Below the pieces are notes generated by a model. That model saw nothing but the letters and a program-made list of their open reading frames with translations, ran no database searches and was not told the origin of the DNA. Made by a program: the position numbers and the translations under genes. A DNA stretch of 64,000 nt from Thecamonas trahens ATCC 50062 (lineage: Eukaryota; Protista; Apusomonadida), in the NCBI RefSeq assembly GCF_000142905.1, contig NW_013657629.1:186001-250000 (forward strand), read 5' to 3'. Shown here piece by piece: positions 18,898 to 28,620 of this stretch (position 1 is its first letter; every line of letters starts with the position of its first letter).

Positions 18898-21510
18898 TTA
18901 CTCGAGCGGGATCTCGCCGCGAAAGACGGCGTCGGCGATCTCGGCATATCGCTTGGAGGTAAATGAATATGCTGGGGCATTGGATGGCTTGCTGGGGTAA
19001 AATGCACCGGGGCCGGGGCCGACAGTCTCGCGACGATCTGGATGACGGGAACGGATAGATGGTGCATTCGCCTGGTTCTTGCCGATGTCCGAGTCGACCA
19101 TGTACTTGGGGCCGGGCGATGAGTCGGACTCCTTTTGGCGATGACGGGACCGCATCGAAGCCGCGGGCGCATTGCCGATGGATGACGGGATGTTGTACGC
19201 CGGGCCGGGTGATCCGTCCTCGTACTTGACAGGGTGACGGGAACGGATAGATGGTGCATTCGCCTTGTTCTTGCCGATGTCCGAGTCCACCATGTACTTG
19301 GGGCCGGGGGACGAATCGCTTTCCTTTTGGCGATGACGGGACCGGATCGAAGCCGCAGGCGCATTGCCAATCGACGATGGGATGTTGTACGCCGGGCCGG
19401 GCGATCCGTCCTCGTACTTGACAGGGTGACGGGAGCGGATAGATGGTGCATTCGCCTTGTTCTTGCCGATGTCCGAGTCGACCATGTACTTGGGGCCAGG
19501 CGATGAGTCGGACTCCTTTTGGCGATGACGGGACCGCATCGAAGCCGCAGGCGCATTGCCAATCGACGACGGGATGTTGTACGCCGGGCCGGGCGATCCG
19601 TCCTCGTACTTGACAGGGTGACGGGAGCGGATAGATGGTGCATTCGCCTTGTTCTTGCCGATGTCCGAGTCGACCATGTACTTGGGGCCAGGCGATGAGT
19701 CGGACTCCTTTTGGCGATGACGGGACCGCATCGAAGCCGCAGGCGCATTGCCAATCGACGACGGGATGTTGTACGCCGGGCCGGGCGATCCGTCCTCGTA
19801 CTTGACAGGGTGACGGGAACGAATAGATGGTGCATTCGCCTTGTTCTTGCCGATGTCCGAGTCGACCATGTACTTGGGGCCGGGCGATGAGTCGGACTCC
19901 TTTTGGCGATGACGGGACCGGATCGAAGCCGCGGGCGCATTGCCGATGGATGACGGGATGTTGTACGCCGGGCCGGGTGATCCGTCCTCGTACTTGACAG
20001 GGTGACGTGACCTGATGGACGGTGCGGTGTCCCTATTTTTGCCAATCGAGGACTCCACCATGTACTTGGGGCCGGGGGACGAGTCACTCTCCTTTTGGCG
20101 ATGACGGGACCGCATCGAGGCTGCCGGGGCGTCGCCAATCGACGACCGGATGTTGTACGCCGGGCCGGGCGATCCGTCCTCGTACTTGACAGGGTGACGT
20201 GACCTGATGGACGGTGCGGTGTCCTTGTTCTTGCCAATCGAGGACTCCACCATGTACTTGGGGCCGGGGGACGAGTCACTCTCCTTTTGGCGATGACGGG
20301 ACCGCATCGAAGCCGCAGGCGCATTGCCAATCGACGACGGGATGTTGTACGCCGGGCCGGGTGATCCGTCCTCGTACTTGACAGGGTGACGGGAACGGAT
20401 AGATGGTGCATTCGCCTTGTTCTTACCAATCGAGGACTCCACCATGTACTTGGGGCCGGGGGACGAGTCACTCTCCTTTTGGCGATGACGGGACCGCATC
20501 GAGGCTGCCGGGGCGTCGCCAATCGACGACGGGATGTTGTACGCCGGGCCGGGTGATCCGTCCTCGTACTTGACAGGGTGACGTGACCTGATGGACGGTG
20601 CGGTGTCCTTGTTCTTGCCAATCGAGGACTCCACCATGTACTTGGGGCCGGGGGACGAGTCACTCACCTTTTGGCGATGACGGGACCGCATCGAAGCCGC
20701 AGGCGCATTGCCAATCGACGACGGGATGTTGTACGCCGGGCCGGGCGATCCGTCCTCGTACTTGACAGGGTGACGGGAACGGATAGATGGTGCGGTGTCC
20801 CTATTTTTGCCAATCGACGACTCCACCATGTACTTGGGGCCAGGCGATGAGTCGGACTCCTTTTGGCGATGACGGGACCGCATCGAGGCTGCCGGGGCGT
20901 CGCCAATCGACGACCGGATGTTGTACGCCGGGCCAGGTGATCCGTCGTCGTACTTGACAGGGTGACGTGACCTGATAGATGGTGCGGTGTCCTTGTTCTT
21001 GCCAATCGACGACTCGAGCATGTACTTGGGGCCGGGGGACGAGTCGCTTTCCTTTTGGCGATGACGGGACCGGATCGAAGCCGCAGGCGCCTTGCCAATC
21101 GACGACGGGATGTTGTACGCCGGGCCGGGTGATCCGTCCTCGTACTTGACAGGGTGGCGGGAACGGATAGATGGTGCGGTGTCCTTGTTCTTGCCAATCG
21201 ACGACCCCACCATGTACTTGGGGCCAGGCGATGAGTCGGACTCCTTGACCCGATGCCGAGACCGGATGGATGCAGCAGGCGCCTTGCCGATGGTAGTAGG
21301 GACCGAGTAGTATGGAGCGTTGACAGCAGCCGGACGATCAACCTTGCGCCCCCTCAGCGCCGGCCCCTCGCGGGTACCAAACTCGGACGGACGGGCGTAG
21401 GCTGCGGGGCCTGGGCCGACTGTGGCCTTGGCACCGAACCTCTGCGGGAAGAGAGCCTTCATGGTGTACGCCCTGGCTGGAAGACCCTTGATGTTCGGCA
21501 GCTTACTCAT
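18898..21510 (-). CDS. SHIPPO (sperm-tail PG-rich) repeat protein, ODF3/CIMAP1-like axonemal protein
   Basis: About 25 PGP(A/K/G)-Y/F motifs, each followed by an APxxSxRSR element. C-terminal PGPGAFYP...APAYSF. Confidence 0.88.
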   Translation of the reverse strand: MSKLPNIKGLPARAYTMKALFPQRFGAKATVGPGPAAYARPSEFGTREGPALRGRKVDRPAAVNAPYYSVPTTIGKAPAASIRSRHRVKESDSSPGPKYMVGSSIGKNKDTAPSIRSRHPVKYEDGSPGPAYNIPSSIGKAPAASIRSRHRQKESDSSPGPKYMLESSIGKNKDTAPSIRSRHPVKYDDGSPGPAYNIRSSIGDAPAASMRSRHRQKESDSSPGPKYMVESSIGKNRDTAPSIRSRHPVKYEDGSPGPAYNIPSSIGNAPAASMRSRHRQKVSDSSPGPKYMVESSIGKNKDTAPSIRSRHPVKYEDGSPGPAYNIPSSIGDAPAASMRSRHRQKESDSSPGPKYMVESSIGKNKANAPSIRSRHPVKYEDGSPGPAYNIPSSIGNAPAASMRSRHRQKESDSSPGPKYMVESSIGKNKDTAPSIRSRHPVKYEDGSPGPAYNIRSSIGDAPAASMRSRHRQKESDSSPGPKYMVESSIGKNRDTAPSIRSRHPVKYEDGSPGPAYNIPSSIGNAPAASIRSRHRQKESDSSPGPKYMVDSDIGKNKANAPSIRSRHPVKYEDGSPGPAYNIPSSIGNAPAASMRSRHRQKESDSSPGPKYMVDSDIGKNKANAPSIRSRHPVKYEDGSPGPAYNIPSSIGNAPAASMRSRHRQKESDSSPGPKYMVDSDIGKNKANAPSIRSRHPVKYEDGSPGPAYNIPSSIGNAPAASIRSRHRQKESDSSPGPKYMVDSDIGKNKANAPSIRSRHPVKYEDGSPGPAYNIPSSIGNAPAASMRSRHRQKESDSSPGPKYMVDSDIGKNQANAPSIRSRHPDRRETVGPGPGAFYPSKPSNAPAYSFTSKRYAEIADAVFRGEIPLE
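19035..21290. repeat. 192-bp (64-aa) tandem coding repeat, about 12 copies
   Basis: Identical words recur at 19081, 19273 and 19465 (period 192). The protein has 12 PGPKY and 11 intervening PGPAY motifs. Confidence 0.95.
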
Positions 21511-21748
21511 ACTGCCGCCCGCTCTACTTGCTCTGCACCGGCGAAACAAGTGTCCTGGTCAAGGTATGGGTATGGCCGTTTGACGCACACCTCGTCTGCT
21601 CTGCCCTCCCTCCCGCAGCTGTCACTGGCCAAGTACGTTGGCAAGGTACGTTGGTGCCAGATTGGCCAATGTCCCGGCGGAGTTTGACTCTACGCCGATA
21701 CGAAAAATTGTATCGCTCTCGTCCTTGCCGTGCACACAGCCATACGGT

Positions 21749-23968
21749 TTACGAGTCACCACCGCCGCCGCCACCACCGCCATCGCCGCCTTTGTCGCCG
21801 CCTCCACCGCCACGGCGTCCATTGCGCCAATTACGATGACGGCTGCCGCGTCCTCTGCGCCCACCGCGCCCACCGCGCCCGCCGCGCCCTCCGCGCCCTC
21901 CGCGCCCTCCTTCGCCTCGGGAGCGATTCTTCGTACCCTGGCCCTGGCTCGATGCTTTCTGTCGGCCGCGTTTTGCGCCGTCGTTTGCACCACGGCCGCG
22001 CCGACCTCCGCGGCCACGATTGCCATCATTGTTGGTCTTGGTCGATCTGTTCTGTCCGTTGCCTTGCTGGCTGCGGCCCTTGCCACCCGACCGGCCTTTG
22101 CGGCCACCGCCGCCGTTCCCGCGGCCACCAAAAGCAGGCACCGGCGGCTTGACAACTTCGATGGCACCTTTGGTGTCGATGACAGCGGCAAAGGTGCCTC
22201 CACCGGCGAGCAGCTCATGCGCGCGGAGAAACTCGCTTTGGATATGGTCCGAGGACTCCGGGCGGAGAACGCGACCGAGGTTGTGGGTGGGGATGAAAGG
22301 ATCCTCGATCTCGAGCATGGCAGTCTTGGGCGCAACAAACTTAATCTTCTCACCGCCGCGCTTGGTCTTGCCCCATGCTTTGACCGCCTTGGGCATTGGC
22401 GTCCCGAGCCGGATGCACACCACGTACTTGGCCGAGTCAAAGACGTGCCCGTAGTAGTGAAAGAAACCAAGAAGGAGCTCGGCGAGCCGCGGGTGCTCGG
22501 CAGCGGGTGTATCAGGTGCCTCACCAAAGTAGATGTTGTTGCCCTCAAACGGGAGCGTGTGGTTGAGCACGTCAGCGAGGGCGATGGCGCCGTTAGGCCC
22601 GGTCCCGGTTGGGACTTGCCGCGGCTGCAGCACACCACGGATCTGTAGGTAGAAGATGACGAGAATGACGTACGCGTACGAGGAGAGCGAGCCTGCCGAC
22701 GGCTCGTTGATGTTGCGGGCCTTGGACCAAATCTTGACCGCAAGCGCCAGCTGCCTGGCAACAGGTGCGTCGTCCATGTACTCGGCAAGCAGCTGCGAGT
22801 TGAAGACCGGGAGCAGGTTGTTGATCGAGACGTCGAGGTCGAGCGCAGGCTGGTGGCCGAAAGAGGCCTTGACGATGGGAACTTTAGCGCCGCCGATGAA
22901 CAAGACGTCATGGAGGCCATGCTTGCGCTTCATGAACTGGTTGCGGATTTTCTTGAGCAGGGCACCAGCCTTGGTCCGCGTCCCCGACAGATGTTGTGGG
23001 ACCTCTAGCGCCACGTCGAGGTCGGCCATACCCAGCGCCAGTCCGTTGGATGATGAGCCAAAGACGTGGAGACGGACACATGGTTCGGGCCCGCTTGCTC
23101 CGTGTTGCGACTCGTCCGACGCCAGGATGCATGACCCGCTGTAGCTCCGCGACATCAGGCCGTCCAGGATGTTGACCACCACGCCGAGCGCCGCCGTCTG
23201 TACCTTCCGCATCTTGGTCGTCGGTTCTTTGCTCTGCAGCTTGCGGCGGATCTCATGCTCCACGTTGGCCGCCCATCCGCCACTAGGCAACACCAGCTGA
23301 GGCCCATTGTCCATCATTGGCACCCATTCGCTGTCACTTACGTTGACGCCCGGCCAAGGCGCGAGGAACCGAATCCGCTCGTCCATCACCGGCTCCGGCT
23401 CCGGCTCGGCCTCGGTCTCGTCCTCGTCCTTTTTCTTCTTCTTCCTACGATTGCGCTTCTTCTTCTTCTTCTTGGGCTGTTCCGCGGGCTCGAGCGGAAG
23501 GATCATGGGCGTGCCAACATGAAGCTTGACAAAGTGCACCGCCGCCGACCGCACGTCGCCCGCCATGACCATGACCATCTCTGCACCATCGTCATCATCA
23601 TCATCGTCATCATCACCATCGTCATCGTCATCGTTTTCATCATTGTTCCCGTCCTCGTCCACGTCGTCACCATAATTGTCATCCGCATCATCGCCAGCAA
23701 CCACAGAAGGTCCGTGTGTCGCACCGGCTCCATCCGCTTCATCCGCTTCATCCGCTCCATCAACTCCATCAACTCCATCGGCACCGTCCGGACTATTGGA
23801 TGCGCCTGGACCGTCAGCATCAAGCCAGACGCGCTCGAACAAAGCTCTGCGCAGGCGGGAGGAGAGCTTCTCACCGCAACCGAGGGCAGTGCCTGGAAGG
23901 TGGTGTGTGTCCCCGGACGAGGGGTGGAGGAAGGCGTCGTACACAGCGCGTGCGCCTGGGATACTCAT
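21749..23968 (-). CDS. Terminal uridylyltransferase / non-canonical poly(A) polymerase (Cid1/TUT family) with acidic N-terminal tracts and RGG tail
   Basis: FGSSSNGLALGMADLDVAL, AKVPIVK, DLDVSINN, GSLSSYAYVILVIFYLQ, IEDPFIPTHNLGR. Confidence 0.88.
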   Translation of the reverse strand: MSIPGARAVYDAFLHPSSGDTHHLPGTALGCGEKLSSRLRRALFERVWLDADGPGASNSPDGADGVDGVDGADEADEADGAGATHGPSVVAGDDADDNYGDDVDEDGNNDENDDDDDGDDDDDDDDDGAEMVMVMAGDVRSAAVHFVKLHVGTPMILPLEPAEQPKKKKKKRNRRKKKKKDEDETEAEPEPEPVMDERIRFLAPWPGVNVSDSEWVPMMDNGPQLVLPSGGWAANVEHEIRRKLQSKEPTTKMRKVQTAALGVVVNILDGLMSRSYSGSCILASDESQHGASGPEPCVRLHVFGSSSNGLALGMADLDVALEVPQHLSGTRTKAGALLKKIRNQFMKRKHGLHDVLFIGGAKVPIVKASFGHQPALDLDVSINNLLPVFNSQLLAEYMDDAPVARQLALAVKIWSKARNINEPSAGSLSSYAYVILVIFYLQIRGVLQPRQVPTGTGPNGAIALADVLNHTLPFEGNNIYFGEAPDTPAAEHPRLAELLLGFFHYYGHVFDSAKYVVCIRLGTPMPKAVKAWGKTKRGGEKIKFVAPKTAMLEIEDPFIPTHNLGRVLRPESSDHIQSEFLRAHELLAGGGTFAAVIDTKGAIEVVKPPVPAFGGRGNGGGGRKGRSGGKGRSQQGNGQNRSTKTNNDGNRGRGGRRGRGANDGAKRGRQKASSQGQGTKNRSRGEGGRGGRGGRGGRGGRGGRRGRGSRHRNWRNGRRGGGGGDKGGDGGGGGGGGDS

Positions 23969-24580
23969 TCCTGGTGGTGGTGGTGGGGGGGGGGGGGGTC
24001 GGGTGTGGTCACCGCCGTCAGCGTGGTCAGACGGACTTGACGAGTTGGCGCCGAAGGGAGGGAGGTGCCTGGCGGGCGTGACGGTCGGTCGGATGGGTAT
24101 GGGCTGGACGATGAGGGGTTTGGAACGAGTTGAGCCAGATCAAGAGCTGAGGGGAGATGATGAAGATGATGATGAAGAGGTGGATGATGATAATGTGTGC
24201 GTGTGATGTATGTGGGGAATCTAGGGTGAGGATCGGATCGGATGGGGGGGGGGGGGGGGGGGGGGCGATGAGCAGGCACTAACACAGCGATGGTCCATCT
24301 GACCTGGCGCACACCATCCCCATACATCCACCCAGCCAAGTACAACAGACATGACCATACCAATCTCCTCATATGGTCTCTGAGTTAGCCGTAGCCGCAC
24401 ACACCCATCGCCATCACATCCCATTCCGTCGCACCGTCCGCCCCTTCAACTGTCTGCCCACCGGCAACGGACCACGCAGCCCAGGCACGGCAAGGCCACC
24501 GCATCATTGCCACCACCATCCAACTCCGCCCAACCTCATCCCCTCTTAGCCAGGCACGACAGCGGCAACAACGACGACCA

Positions 24581-25582
24581 ATGCCCCGTGTGGCACCCCG
24601 GACAGTGCGACGTGCGCAGCAGGCTGGGCGTGGTGGTGGTGGTGGTGGTGGGTCGAGGCGAGCGAGTCAGACTGGCGGCCGCGGGGGTGATGCTCTTGAG
24701 GCTGCGCGCAAGGCCAAGCGACGGCGAATGCGGACAAACACGGCTGCAAACGGAGGTATGCTGACACGCAAGTATGGATCTCCTGCGGCTGCTCGCATTG
24801 CCACGCTCCTGGCAACCATGGACGATAACGAGAAGGCCAGGTCCAAGGCCAGCCGCTCGTCATCGCAGCGCGCGGCGGGCAAGAAGAGCAAGTCGGCTCG
24901 CAAGGGCAAGGGCAAGGGCAAGGGCAAGGGCAGGACGTTGCGAGCTTCAAGGCAGAGGCGGCGATCGCGCCACAACTCGGACGAATCTTATCAGTTTGTC
25001 GAGTACGACGTAACGCTCAAGGCGGGCTCGTCGTCGTCGTCGTCGTCATCGTCCTCATCCCCGTCGGCCACGCTCTCCTCGGACGATGACAGGACAATAG
25101 ACTTTGAGGACTCGCAGCCAGAGCTTGCAGTGCGAGCCGGCGTGACGAAGAAAAAGCGGCGGAAGCGGCGGAGAAGTGGCGGTTCCGGCCGGCGCCGACG
25201 GCGGGGTGCACGAAGCGGCAAGCGTGTGACACTCAAGTCAGCGTCGCGAACCGCAACCGCGTCTGCCAGTGGCGCCGGGTCGGACGAGGCTAGCGATGAG
25301 TCACCAGCAGGCGGTAGTGCAGCGGTGGGCCTCTCGCGCTGGCAGCGGGCCAAGCGGCGGGTGTTCGGACGAGGCAAGGCGACTGACGCCGACTCGTCGA
25401 GTAGAAGCGCGACAGCGAGCACAACCACCTCGCTGGCAGCGTCATCGTCGCATCATCCGCCTCCACCACGTCGCGAGCGGGCCGAGCCACGGCCGCGACG
25501 GACAAGTCGACGCGGGCATGGTGGCGTGCGTGTGCGGCACAGCCGGCGGCATCGGCATCGGCACTCACGCCGGCGGGCATGA
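24581..25582 (+). CDS. Hypothetical basic, Ser/Arg/Lys-rich low-complexity protein; possible intron 24605-24772
   Basis: Long ORF with host-like codon use and NLS-like clusters (KKKRRKRRR). Candidate in-frame intron GTGCGA...GCTGAC...AAG. Confidence 0.5.
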   Translation: MPRVAPRTVRRAQQAGRGGGGGGGSRRASQTGGRGGDALEAARKAKRRRMRTNTAANGGMLTRKYGSPAAARIATLLATMDDNEKARSKASRSSSQRAAGKKSKSARKGKGKGKGKGRTLRASRQRRRSRHNSDESYQFVEYDVTLKAGSSSSSSSSSSSPSATLSSDDDRTIDFEDSQPELAVRAGVTKKKRRKRRRSGGSGRRRRRGARSGKRVTLKSASRTATASASGAGSDEASDESPAGGSAAVGLSRWQRAKRRVFGRGKATDADSSSRSATASTTTSLAASSSHHPPPPRRERAEPRPRRTSRRGHGGVRVRHSRRHRHRHSRRRA

Positions 25583-25630
25583 ATACGGCACAAGAAATAC
25601 AATGAAAGCGATGGTGTGGTCTGTGTGTGT

Positions 25631-26365
25631 TCATTCGCTCTCCTCGCCGTCGTCCTCGCTGCTCTCGTCATAGTCGCTGACAGCGGCGGCGGCGGCCTCT
25701 GCAGCGGCCTCCTCGGCATCCATGCGGGCGATCTGGGCCCTGTAGTTGGCCTTTGAAATGGCGCGATGCTCACGGTTGGTAAGCGGCTCCTTGCCGGCGA
25801 TGAGACGGACCTCGTTTGTGGTGTAGAGGTCCATGCCGCCAAAGCGATCGTCGAGGACGCGCTCGAACATCTCGTTGTAGATGGCGAGCGACTTTGCGAG
25901 CTGTGTGGCGGTCTTCTGCCAGCGGTTGAGGCGCATGTCGCGAGCCATCTTGGCGACGTCATCGCCATGCTTCTTGACAAAGGCATGCATGTCACGGAAC
26001 TGCTGTGCCGAGAGCGAGCGGAAGCGGAGCGGCTTCTTCCGCTTGGCCTGCTTCTCCAGCTCTGCCACAATGTTGAGGTCCTGCAGCTTCTGACCAGGCT
26101 GAAGGGTAATGGTAGTGACACCATCTGACGACGCTGCGGCAGCCTGACGACTCTTCTTCCGATCGGCCTTGGACTGAGAGCTGTTGATGGCAATGTTCGT
26201 CGCCCGCACCAGACCGAGGTTCTTGTAGTTCTCCGTCACCGTCTTGTCCGAGTCCCACTTGCTCCGCACAATGGCATTGTTCACAAACACCTTGTCCTTC
26301 CGCTTGTTCCGACGAGAGACCTTGCCCGCATGCGACCGACGCGGCCGTGCCACAGACCGTGCCAT
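25631..26365 (-). CDS. NOP16: Nucleolar protein 16 (ribosome biogenesis)
   Basis: WDSDKTVTENYKNLGL and FVKKHGDDVAKMARDMRLNRWQKTATQL. Confidence 0.87.
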   Translation of the reverse strand: MARSVARPRRSHAGKVSRRNKRKDKVFVNNAIVRSKWDSDKTVTENYKNLGLVRATNIAINSSQSKADRKKSRQAAAASSDGVTTITLQPGQKLQDLNIVAELEKQAKRKKPLRFRSLSAQQFRDMHAFVKKHGDDVAKMARDMRLNRWQKTATQLAKSLAIYNEMFERVLDDRFGGMDLYTTNEVRLIAGKEPLTNREHRAISKANYRAQIARMDAEEAAAEAAAAAVSDYDESSEDDGEESE

Positions 26366-26544
26366 TCTGCTTTTGTCTTGCTTTTGCTGCGTGAGGTGTG
26401 TTGGTCTTCGTCCCTAACTCCGTCCCCGCCCCCCCCTCCCTCCCCGTGCCTGGTCACCCGGTGATGGATGGCTTCTCGGATGGATGGCCTGTTGCCAATG
26501 ACCAAATGGTGGACAGGGGAGGGGGGGGATGGTCTCGACATGGA

Positions 26545-27040
26545 TGGAGTGGTTGGGAGGGGGTGATGATGATGGTGGTTGGGAGGGTGTGATGATGGTT
26601 GGGAGGGTGTGATGATGATGATGGTTGGGAGGGTGTGATGATGATGGTGGTTGGGAGGGTGTGATGATGGTTGGGAGGGTGTGATGATGATGATGGTGGT
26701 GGTTGGGAGGGCGATGATGGTGGTGGTGGTTGGGAGGGGGTGATGATGATGGTGGTTGGGAGGGTGTGATGATGGTTGGGAGGGTGTGATGATGATGATG
26801 GTTGGGAGGGTGTGATGATGATGGTGGTTGGGAGGGGGTGATGATGATGGTGGTTGGGAGGGCGATGATGGTGGTGGTTGGGAGGGCGATGATGGTGGTG
26901 GTGGTTGGGAGGGGGTGATGATGATGGTGGTTGGGAGGGGGATGATGCTGGTTGGGAGAGTGTGATGATGATGGTGGTTGGGAGGGGGATGATGCTGGTT
27001 GGGAGGGGGTTGATGGTGGTTGGGAGGGGGATGATGGTGG
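26545..27040. repeat. Degenerate G-rich tandem array (GAT)n(GGT)nTGGGAGGG, roughly 20 units
   Basis: Recurring ggttgggaggg core separated by variable GAT/GGT triplets. Confidence 0.9.
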
Positions 27041-27241
27041 TCGGACGGGTGATGGCCATCAGCTGAATGATAGTGATCAGCTGGATGCCAGCCAGCAACA
27101 AGACAGAGTATTGAGGTTGCGCTGGGTGATCGGCTGCGTGGTGGTGATCAGCAGGTGGTGGGTGACCAACTAACCTGCGTCGTCAGCCAGACAACAGTCC
27201 CCGACTCAGGTCCTGGCACCGCACTCGCATCATTCCCCATC

Positions 27242-28093
27242 ATGGGCATTCTCTCCACGCTCGGATACGCTGCTGCCGTCGACTTTGCCTTCCAATGGAT
27301 TGCGTTCTCTGTTGCGGCTGTGCTCCAGACCGAGGTCTTCTACGACGCTGTTGGGACGTCGACCTTTGTGACCCTGGCGTGTCTGGCGGTGATGCGATGG
27401 TGCGGGGCTGACGAGATCGAGGCCGGAAACGGCGTTACAGCGGGCGCGACCATCACGCCTGAGGCACCAATGCGCATGGTGGTGGCGACGTGTGCGGTGG
27501 TGGTCTGGGGCGTCAGGCTGGGATCGTACCTCGTGCGGCGCATCGCGCAGGACAAGCACGACTCGCGGTTCGACAAGGTCCGCGATCGCCCGCTCCGCTT
27601 CTTTGTCTACTGGACGCTGCAGGGTGTGTGGGTCTTTGTCACTCTTCTGCCGATCCTTATCCTGGCTGGCATGCCGCTTGCGGTCTCGGGCCTCCCGCTG
27701 GGCATGCTGGATGTCTTCGGCCTGGTCGTCTACGGCATCGGTCTGGCTCTGGAGGCTGTGGCCGACACCCAGAAGGCGGCCTTCCGCGCTAATCCGGACA
27801 ACAAGGGCAAGTTTATCAACGTTGGTCTGTGGGCTATCTCCCGCCACCCCAACTACTTTGGCGAAATCCTGGTATGGACCGGGATCTGGCTTCTGGCGCT
27901 CACCAGCCTGATGTCGTACTCGCCGGTTGTAGCCGCTGTCTCTGCCATCTCGCCGGCCTTTGTCGCCCACCTCCTCATCAACATGTCTGGCATCCCGCTC
28001 CTTGAGCGTGCCGCCGACAAAAAGTGGGGTGACGATGCCGACTACAAGGCGTACAAGGCCGGCACCGCTGTCCTTGTCCCGTATCTGTGGTAG
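27242..28093 (+). CDS. DUF1295 / steroid 5-alpha-reductase C-terminal-like membrane protein
   Basis: WGVRLGSYLVRRI..DKHDSRFD, WTLQGVWV, EAVADTQK, GLWAISRHPNYFGE, SGIPLLE. Confidence 0.9.
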   Translation: MGILSTLGYAAAVDFAFQWIAFSVAAVLQTEVFYDAVGTSTFVTLACLAVMRWCGADEIEAGNGVTAGATITPEAPMRMVVATCAVVVWGVRLGSYLVRRIAQDKHDSRFDKVRDRPLRFFVYWTLQGVWVFVTLLPILILAGMPLAVSGLPLGMLDVFGLVVYGIGLALEAVADTQKAAFRANPDNKGKFINVGLWAISRHPNYFGEILVWTGIWLLALTSLMSYSPVVAAVSAISPAFVAHLLINMSGIPLLERAADKKWGDDADYKAYKAGTAVLVPYLW

Positions 28094-28303
28094 ACCCTCC
28101 CCCGCCCTTGTCGCCCGCTCCCACCGCCCTTGTCGCCCGCTCCCACCACCACCATCGCCATCACCATCCCCTCTGCTCGCCGCCGGCTGCAGCCAAGCAG
28201 ACGGAGCGCAGGCCGATGATCAAGACAAACCGTGCATGATGCCCATGGCCGTCATGACCAATCCGTGCCCTACTGTGGTGTCGTGTAGTGCCATATGGAT
28301 TGG

Positions 28304-28307
<4 letters not shown>

Positions 28308-28369
<62 letters not shown>
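28308..28369. repeat. (TG)n microsatellite
   Basis: Perfect TG run. Confidence 0.98.
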
Positions 28370-28370
<1 letters not shown>

Positions 28371-28620
28371 TGACATGGTCGCATCGTGATGGATGTGCAA
28401 TGTAACTAGATGGTGGCCACATGAGCCGGCTATCACCGCTCGTAGCAAACGTCCGCCGCCAGCCGGAGTGACCACTCCCCATCCATCACCATCACCATCT
28501 GCCCTCCTCCCCCCGTCCCACACCCCTCCCCACACATCCCCAACCCACCCACACCCACACACCCACACATACCCACACACCCGCACACCTAAACCCATAC
28601 CCCACACACCCTCGCCCATC

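Noticed and set aside
18690-18966. Real coding overlap between OSCA and the SHIPPO gene
   Set aside because: Better explained by a 1-base frameshift near 18685; the alternative frame ends at 18890, just before the convergent stop
21638-22648. Long antisense or alternate-frame ORFs (also 29638-31248, 36870-38423, 41304-42500, 59549-61147)
   Set aside because: Shadows of GC-rich codon usage opposite well-identified genes, with no independent motifs
26454-27101. His/Pro-rich 215-aa protein
   Set aside because: Conceptual translation of a simple-sequence array with no codon or domain support
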